Part shown: positions 26,085 through 30,959 of the stretch, piece by piece
Position numbering within the stretch: position 1 is the first letter of the stretch
Layout of the letters: each line of letters starts with the position of its first letter
Assembly (NCBI GenBank): GCA_031271665.1
Contig: JAISVI010000038.1
Span: 1 to 30,959 of the forward strand
Source of the DNA: Oscillospiraceae bacterium
GTDB taxonomy: Bacteria; Bacillota; Clostridia; Oscillospirales; UBA929
Direction of reading: 5' to 3'
Length of the DNA stretch: 30,959 nt
The notes under the pieces: model-generated
What the model saw: only the letters and a program-made list of their open reading frames with translations
Databases searched by the model: none
Told to the model about the DNA's origin: nothing
Made by a program: the position numbers and the translations under genes

Positions 26085-26966
26085 ATGAACGCGGCAATAC
26101 CAATTCACAGGCTTTCCTCGCAGATAGGGCTGTCGAGCCGTACTCTGCGGCATTGGGAATCAGAAGGTCTCTTCGACAGTATGCGGGATAAGGATTCCGG
26201 TTGGAGGATCTATGATGAAAAGGCGGTTTTTCGGATTCGTATCACGGCAATGCTCAGACAACTGGATATTCCAATCAAAGAGATTAAAACTGTTTTGGAT
26301 AACCAGTCAGTTGTTTTCCTGCATCGTGTCATAGAAAGGCAGATTTCTGTTTTAGGGGAATACAATGAGGAAAACAAGGAGAAGGAACAACGCTTGCTCC
26401 AATTTCTGTCACTTCTAAGAAAACAGGAAAGCACAGTTAAATTGGATGCGGAACTGCCGCAGTTATTACTGAAAATGGAGGATATTAATATGTCAAACAT
26501 GCAAAACAGCAACAATTCGCTGCGATATGTCACACTTCCGCCGATGCGCTTCGGGTGCTATGTTTCCGTGGGATTATCACCGGAGGATGATGCGACGAGT
26601 CCAGTGTTTGACTGGATTGATTCCGCGAATCTTGGAGGGACGGCGAGGTTCTTCGGGGGAAATATGCCGCCCATGCCGGGGGGTGAGGGGAAGCCCTATG
26701 GTTACGGGATGGCGGCTTCGATTCCGGAGGGCATCGCGATTCCGAAACATCTGAAAGAGATGCGTTCACCGGGCGGGCTTTATGCAATGTTGGAAAGCAC
26801 GGACGATATCCCGGGGTCATGGAAGAGACTGTTGAAGCTGATAAAGGAAGATGGAAAGTATGTGTCGGATCGGGCGAGGCTGTGTTTTGAGGAACATGTA
26901 CGCAATGACAGCGGGGGTTTTCTGATTGTTTTATTGGAACCGGTAAAGAGTAACCGCGAAAACTAA
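26085..26966 (+). CDS. MerR-family transcriptional regulator with C-terminal GyrI-like/effector-binding domain.
   Basis: ATG 26085 (MNAAIPIHRLSSQIGLSSRTLRHWESEGL… HTH) has RBS AAAGGAGGT. Upstream promoter TTGCAA-N19-TATACT. The 19-bp spacer is typical of MerR-type promoters. Confidence 0.8.
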   Translation: MNAAIPIHRLSSQIGLSSRTLRHWESEGLFDSMRDKDSGWRIYDEKAVFRIRITAMLRQLDIPIKEIKTVLDNQSVVFLHRVIERQISVLGEYNEENKEKEQRLLQFLSLLRKQESTVKLDAELPQLLLKMEDINMSNMQNSNNSLRYVTLPPMRFGCYVSVGLSPEDDATSPVFDWIDSANLGGTARFFGGNMPPMPGGEGKPYGYGMAASIPEGIAIPKHLKEMRSPGGLYAMLESTDDIPGSWKRLLKLIKEDGKYVSDRARLCFEEHVRNDSGGFLIVLLEPVKSNREN

Positions 26967-26975
26967 GCGGAGTGT

Positions 26976-27019
26976 AAGAGTCTGTTTACTATCCGCGCAC
27001 AGATAGTAAACAGACTCTT
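26976..27019. terminator. Bidirectional terminator hairpin between the convergent merR-like and flotillin genes.
   Basis: Perfect 18-bp stem AAGAGTCTGTTTACTATC / GATAGTAAACAGACTCTT with loop cgcgcaca. Confidence 0.6.
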
Positions 27020-27024
27020 AATAT

Positions 27025-28470
27025 CTATTTCCCGGGACTCTCCGGCGCTTCCTCCTCTTCCACGGCGGGCGGAGGGGTCTTCCCGTCAACGGACAGGAAT
27101 CCGGGAAGACTTAGTCCGGCCATCTGGAACATGTCGTTCAGCGGGGGAAGGCTTTTCAGAAGGCCGGAGGCGAAGTTCGCCGTCGCGGTCTTGCCGCCGT
27201 CCTGCGTGCCGCCGTCCCAGACGGTGATCTTGTCGATCTTCAGATTGCGTATGGCCTCGGTCTGTATCTTGACCAGTTCGTCAAGCTTGTCGGCGATCAT
27301 CATCTTCACGGCGGAATCGGCCGAGCCGCCCGCCGCCTCGACAATCTTGCCAAGACCGGCGGCCTGTTTGGACAGCATTTCCTCCACGCCGCGCGCCTGG
27401 GCTTCCATTTTGGCGAAGATGGCGTCCGCCTCGCCGCGCGCTTGGCGGCGGATACGCTCGGCCTGCGCCTCGGCGTCTATCTCCATGCGGCGCTTCTCGA
27501 TTTCGGCCTTGACGATTATGTCGGCCTCCATCGTGGCTTCCTCGCGGCTTGCGCGGGCGATTTCGGCCTGCTGTTGCGCCGCGTAGGCTTCCTCGGCGGC
27601 CTTCGCCTCGGCGACCTTTTCGGCGGCGGTGGCCTTGCGCTCGGCTTCCGCGGACTGCTGGCGGCGGTTGGACTCGGAATTGGCGATGACTATCTTTGCC
27701 TCGTTCTCGCCCTTCACCGCGTCGGAGTCGGCGCTTGACACCTGGATACGCTGGTCGCGCTCGGCGTTTGCCGCGCCGATGTTACCGTCCCTGTTTTTCT
27801 CCGCGACGCTTATCTTCGCGTCGTTAATGGCCTTGGCGGCGGCTTCTTTTCCAAGCGCCTGGATGTATCCGGACTCGTCTGTTATGTCGGTCATGTTGAC
27901 GTTGATAAGGCGAAGTCCGATTTTTTTAAGTTCGCCCTCTACGTTGTTGGACACGGCGGCAAGGAATTTGTCGCGGTCGGTGTTGATTTCCTCGATGTCC
28001 ATCGTGGCGATAACAAGACGAAGCTGGCCGAAGATGATGTCGCGTGAAAGCTCCTGAACCTCGTTCAGTTTAAGCCCCAGAAGGCGCTCGGCGGCGTTCT
28101 GCATCACGGTCGGTTCGGTCGAGATACCGACAGTAAACTTACACGGCGCGTCAACGCGGATGTTCTGGCGGCTTAGGGCGCTTTTCAGATCCACGCTGAT
28201 TGATATCGGCGTAAGGTCAAGGTACTCATACGCCTGAATAACCGGCCAGATAAAGGTTGCGCCGCCGTGAAGGCACTTCGCCGCCTGCACACCGGCCTTG
28301 CCGCCGCCCCCGACCTTACCGTAGATGACCATGATCTTGTCAGAGGGACACTTGCGGTAACGCGAAAGCAGGGACGCCACGACCGCGAAGAAAACCACGA
28401 CGATAACAAGCACCAAGACCAGTATCGGCGTGCCGCCGGAGCCATTTCCGCTTAGGAACACAGGAATCAT
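27025..28470 (-). CDS. Flotillin-like SPFH/band-7 protein (FloT/YuaG-like).
   Basis: 481 aa. N-terminal TM, SPFH domain, and a long Ala/Glu-rich coiled-coil (EA-repeat region). Confidence 0.9.
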   Translation of the reverse strand: MIPVFLSGNGSGGTPILVLVLVIVVVFFAVVASLLSRYRKCPSDKIMVIYGKVGGGGKAGVQAAKCLHGGATFIWPVIQAYEYLDLTPISISVDLKSALSRQNIRVDAPCKFTVGISTEPTVMQNAAERLLGLKLNEVQELSRDIIFGQLRLVIATMDIEEINTDRDKFLAAVSNNVEGELKKIGLRLINVNMTDITDESGYIQALGKEAAAKAINDAKISVAEKNRDGNIGAANAERDQRIQVSSADSDAVKGENEAKIVIANSESNRRQQSAEAERKATAAEKVAEAKAAEEAYAAQQQAEIARASREEATMEADIIVKAEIEKRRMEIDAEAQAERIRRQARGEADAIFAKMEAQARGVEEMLSKQAAGLGKIVEAAGGSADSAVKMMIADKLDELVKIQTEAIRNLKIDKITVWDGGTQDGGKTATANFASGLLKSLPPLNDMFQMAGLSLPGFLSVDGKTPPPAVEEEEAPESPGK

Positions 28471-28533
28471 TTTGCTTACCGCCCTTCTTCTTTATATTAC
28501 CAAACGCCCGCCGCCAAAAGCGCGGCGCTTTTT

Positions 28534-29181
28534 CTACTCTTTCTCGACCACCATCACGTTTTCGCGAAGCAAGTCCGTCACACGGACGACGTCGCCGGTT
28601 TTTATCGGGGTGTCGCCGGTGTTCACGGCGTCGTACTCTTTAAGCGAACCGTCCAGATCAAGCGTGATTTTGCCCACGCCCTGCCCCTTGGCGGGTATTG
28701 TAAGGTAAACGTCCGCGTTTCTGCCAAGCGCAAGACGGTAGTTTACCGTGTTGATTGCCTGAAGCCGCAGAAGGGCGCGCACCAAATAAGCCACCCCGAC
28801 AAGCGCCCCGAATCCAAGCACTGCCGCAAGCGCGATAGAAAGCCCCGAACCAAGGCCGACAGCCATAAAGCATAAACCCGCCCAGCCGAACACCGTAAGC
28901 AGCGCGATAATGCCGCGCGTTGTAATGAACTGAAGCCCCGCGCCCGTGCTGCCCTCCAGAAGGTCGGTGTCTGACCCGCCGACGACGTCCACGTCTATGT
29001 CCGCGCCGCCGTCAATTCCCGCAGAGTCCCCTAAACCCGAAACGTCGGAGTCAAGGCCGCTGTCCGCGCCGCCCGTGAAGAACAGCAGAATCGTCTGGAT
29101 TATCAAAATAAGCGACGCGGGCGCGGCTATCCAAACGAAAATCTGCTCTGTAAGAGAAAGCGCCGAATACCATTCAAACAT
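28534..29181 (-). CDS. NfeD-family membrane protein (YuaF-like flotillin partner).
   Basis: 215 aa. TM helices. Acidic Gly/Asp-rich linker. C-terminal OB-fold (…GDVVRVTD…). Sits immediately upstream of flotillin, matching the yuaF-floT arrangement. RBS is GGGAGG. Confidence 0.8.
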   Translation of the reverse strand: MFEWYSALSLTEQIFVWIAAPASLILIIQTILLFFTGGADSGLDSDVSGLGDSAGIDGGADIDVDVVGGSDTDLLEGSTGAGLQFITTRGIIALLTVFGWAGLCFMAVGLGSGLSIALAAVLGFGALVGVAYLVRALLRLQAINTVNYRLALGRNADVYLTIPAKGQGVGKITLDLDGSLKEYDAVNTGDTPIKTGDVVRVTDLLRENVMVVEKE

Positions 29182-29369
29182 GACGCAACCCTCCCGAATA
29201 AGTAAATTATGTTTACCTTATGATACTGCGTCCTCAAGCTTTTGTCAAGAGTTTTCCTCTGCCGCCGATTGCGCGTTTGGGGCTTGCATTCTCTTAGGAA
29301 GCGTGATAGACTTGTGGTAAGCGGCAGTTACCATAACGCGCACCCATTAAACGAAATCAGGTGAATGTA

Positions 29370-29891
29370 ATGAACCTTGGAAGCCGTATACGCGAGGCGC
29401 GGCTGCAAAAGCAGCTTACGCAGAAGGACGTCGTGGGGGAGTACATGACGCGCAACATGCTTTCAAAAATCGAGAACGGAAGCGCCACACCCTCGGTCAA
29501 AACGCTTGAGTTTCTGTCTGCGGCGCTTGAACTTCCGATAAGCTATCTCGTAAGTGAAGAGGGCGCTGCCGCCCCGCCGGAAACCTCGTCTTCGGATGCC
29601 GCCGCCCCGCCGGAACTTGCGCATCTGAACGAAATCGCGGCGCTTGCCGACGCGCTTCTGGGCGAGGCAAGCCCGTATGTGCGCGCCTGCGCGTGCTGTG
29701 TAAAGGCGCGCGCGCTTATGGCCGGGCAAAACGCCGCGGGGGCGCTCGCGTTTCTGGAAACCCTGCCCCTTGCCTCTTTTGACTCCGACGGAGTAAAGCT
29801 TATAAGCAAGACCGCCGAGGAATGCTGCATACAGCTTGGCGACTATAAAAAAGCCTATGACTTCGCGGTTCGGCGCATGGACGCAGAATAA
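29370..29891 (+). CDS. XRE-family (Cro/C1 HTH) transcriptional regulator with Ala/Pro-rich linker and Cys-containing C-terminal domain.
   Basis: ATG 29370 (MNLGSRIREARLQKQLTQKDV…) has AGGTGA 5 nt upstream. The track lists a GTG at 29361. Confidence 0.75.
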   Translation: MNLGSRIREARLQKQLTQKDVVGEYMTRNMLSKIENGSATPSVKTLEFLSAALELPISYLVSEEGAAAPPETSSSDAAAPPELAHLNEIAALADALLGEASPYVRACACCVKARALMAGQNAAGALAFLETLPLASFDSDGVKLISKTAEECCIQLGDYKKAYDFAVRRMDAE

Positions 29892-30061
29892 CGGGTATTT
29901 CCCGGGAATGTCTCCATTATAACCGCCGCAGAATTGAAACGCAAGAAAAAGTCGGCTTTTAGAGCGTCTGAGTGTAAATTGTTCTTGCATATGGGTTATC
30001 GCTTGTGCTAGACTGATATTGCAAGGCGGCGATCAATACCAACAGCAGAGAGGTGATTTAA

Positions 30062-30355
30062 ATGGCAAAGAGAGCCAATTTGAATATAAGGATTGACCCG
30101 GAAACGAAAGCGAGCGCGGAGGAACTTTTCGGCATGTTTGGGATAACGGTGACTGACGCGGTAAATATGTTCCTTAACCAGTCCCTGATGGTGGGCGGAC
30201 TGCCCTTTGCGCTGAAACAGCCGCGGTATAACGCCGAAACCGAGGCGGCCATGCGTGAATGCGACGAAATGCTGGCAAGCGGCAGTTTTAAACGATATTC
30301 AAGCACAAAAGAGATGTTCGCGGATATTTTGGCAGGGGACGACGATGATGTATGA
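30062..30355 (+). CDS. RelB/DinJ-family antitoxin.
   Basis: 97 aa. Begins MAKRANLNIRIDPETKASAEELFGMFGITVTDAVNMFLNQ…, the DinJ ribbon-helix-helix pattern. RBS is AGAGAGGTGA. Confidence 0.85.
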   Translation: MAKRANLNIRIDPETKASAEELFGMFGITVTDAVNMFLNQSLMVGGLPFALKQPRYNAETEAAMRECDEMLASGSFKRYSSTKEMFADILAGDDDDV

Positions 30356-30626
30356 GCGCGTATATTCCGCAAGGTTCAAACGGGACTTGCGCCGCGCGGA
30401 GAAACGCGGAAAAGACCTGTCGCTGCTAGAGGAAGTGATTGACATTTTGGCGGAAGGCAAGAGATTGCCGATTGAATACAGCGATCACCCGCTGAAAGGC
30501 AACTACAAGGGATTCAGAGAGTGTCACATAGAGCCGGACTGGCTTCTTGTGTATAAAATAGACAAGGGCATACTGGTATTGCTGCTTTCCAGAACGGGTA
30601 CCCACCAAGACTTGTTTGACGAATAA
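30345..30626 (+). CDS. YafQ/RelE-family mRNA interferase toxin.
   Basis: ATG 30345 (MMYERVYSARFKRDLRRAEKRGKD…DHPLKGNYKGFRECHIEPDWLLVYKI…RTGTHQDLF). Overlaps dinJ by 11 nt. Confidence 0.85.
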   Translation: MMYERVYSARFKRDLRRAEKRGKDLSLLEEVIDILAEGKRLPIEYSDHPLKGNYKGFRECHIEPDWLLVYKIDKGILVLLLSRTGTHQDLFDE

Positions 30627-30640
30627 GATATACGGGACAA

Positions 30641-30668
30641 AGCCGCCTGACAAAGGGCGGCTTTTTTG
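30641..30668 (+). terminator. Rho-independent terminator after yafQ.
   Basis: Stem AGCCGCC / GGCGGCT with loop tgacaaag, followed by TTTTTTG. Confidence 0.75.
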
Positions 30669-30715
30669 CGTTTGGCGGCAACGCGCGATGACGGAAGAAA
30701 ATTTGAAAATCCCCC

Positions 30716-30744
30716 TTGCAAACGAACAAATGTTTTGATATAAT
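30716..30744 (+). promoter_or_regulatory. uvrB promoter (TTGCAA-N17-TATAAT) with an embedded LexA/Cheo box CGAACAAATGTTTT (30723-30736).
   Basis: The promoter hexamers and a GAAC-N4-GTTT dyad sit in the spacer. A ~120-nt leader with the GGGCGATTC / GAATCGCCC hairpin follows. Confidence 0.55.
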
Positions 30745-30866
30745 GCGAATCGGAAAGAGCAGGGGCGACGAACCGCGTCAAGGGCAGTAGGGGCGATTCA
30801 CGAATCGCCCGCCGGAAGACCTTGTTGAAAGACCCGCCGAAAGACAGTACAAGAGGTGAACGTACG

Positions 30867-30959
30867 ATGCCCGATTTTCAGGTGGTAAGCGAATTCAGTC
30901 CCGCCGGCGACCAGCCCGCCGCGATAGAGGCATTGGCGGCGGGGATTGAGAACGGCCTT
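30867..30959 (+). CDS. uvrB: Excinuclease ABC subunit B (N-terminal fragment; continues beyond the window).
   Basis: MPDFQVVSEFSPAGDQPAAIEALAAGIENGL is the canonical UvrB N-terminus. RBS is AAGAGGTGA. Confidence 0.85.
   Translation, partial: MPDFQVVSEFSPAGDQPAAIEALAAGIENGL

Noticed and set aside
27025-29910. Shared 12-mer tatttcccggga at 27025-27040 and 29895-29910.
   Set aside because: A single 12-mer coincidence is expected by chance many times in a 31-kb window (both strands). There is no extended similarity.
1-30959. CRISPR arrays, rRNA genes, IS transposases, integrases.
   Set aside because: There are no regularly spaced direct repeats with unique spacers. There are no rRNA-like conserved stretches. 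No ORF has transposase or integrase motifs. The repeat family found is dispersed, not arrayed.

Overview
This is a high-GC (~60-65%) Firmicutes/Clostridia-like chromosomal segment. It mixes core housekeeping genes with small AT-rich accessory insertions.

Core genes, in order:
- tRNA-Pro(CGG) on the minus strand, with a consensus promoter.
- A secreted WG-repeat/SLH-like wall protein.
- A dCache-HAMP methyl-accepting chemotaxis protein.
- The minus-strand ribosomal block rpmG-secE-nusG-rplK-rplA, which terminates without rplJ/rplL.
- An M24 Xaa-Pro peptidase.
- A Na/Pi cotransporter-PhoU protein.
- pgk-tpiA-gpmI, with no gap or eno.
- pyrE.
- A DUF362/4Fe-4S gene overlapping ispE.
- glnA.
- A divergent pair of a MerR regulator and a polytopic membrane protein.
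- A minus-strand nfeD-flotillin operon.
- An XRE regulator.
- dinJ-yafQ.
- The 5' end of uvrB, behind a promoter with a LexA (Cheo) box.

Accessory content:
- An AT-rich orphan gene at the left edge, near tRNA-Pro.
- A PIN-domain gene followed by an overlapping small gene (a toxin-antitoxin-like pair).
- An AT-rich mosaic island between pyrE and DUF362. It carries HEPN-MNT, two half-size TSUP/TauE genes, a GNAT, an S33 alpha/beta hydrolase and a transglutaminase-like gene.

The most striking non-genic signal is a modular GC-rich intergenic repeat family (REP/BIME-like) with at least six copies. One copy has inserted into one of two ~145-bp duplicated leader sequences that flank the hydrolase gene. 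A (AATTGAC)x4.5 heptamer array lies upstream of secE.

I see no CRISPR array, no rRNA, and no transposase or integrase ORF. No convincing large novel multi-gene system is visible. The candidate systems are the small two-gene toxin-antitoxin-like modules and the repeat-associated island.
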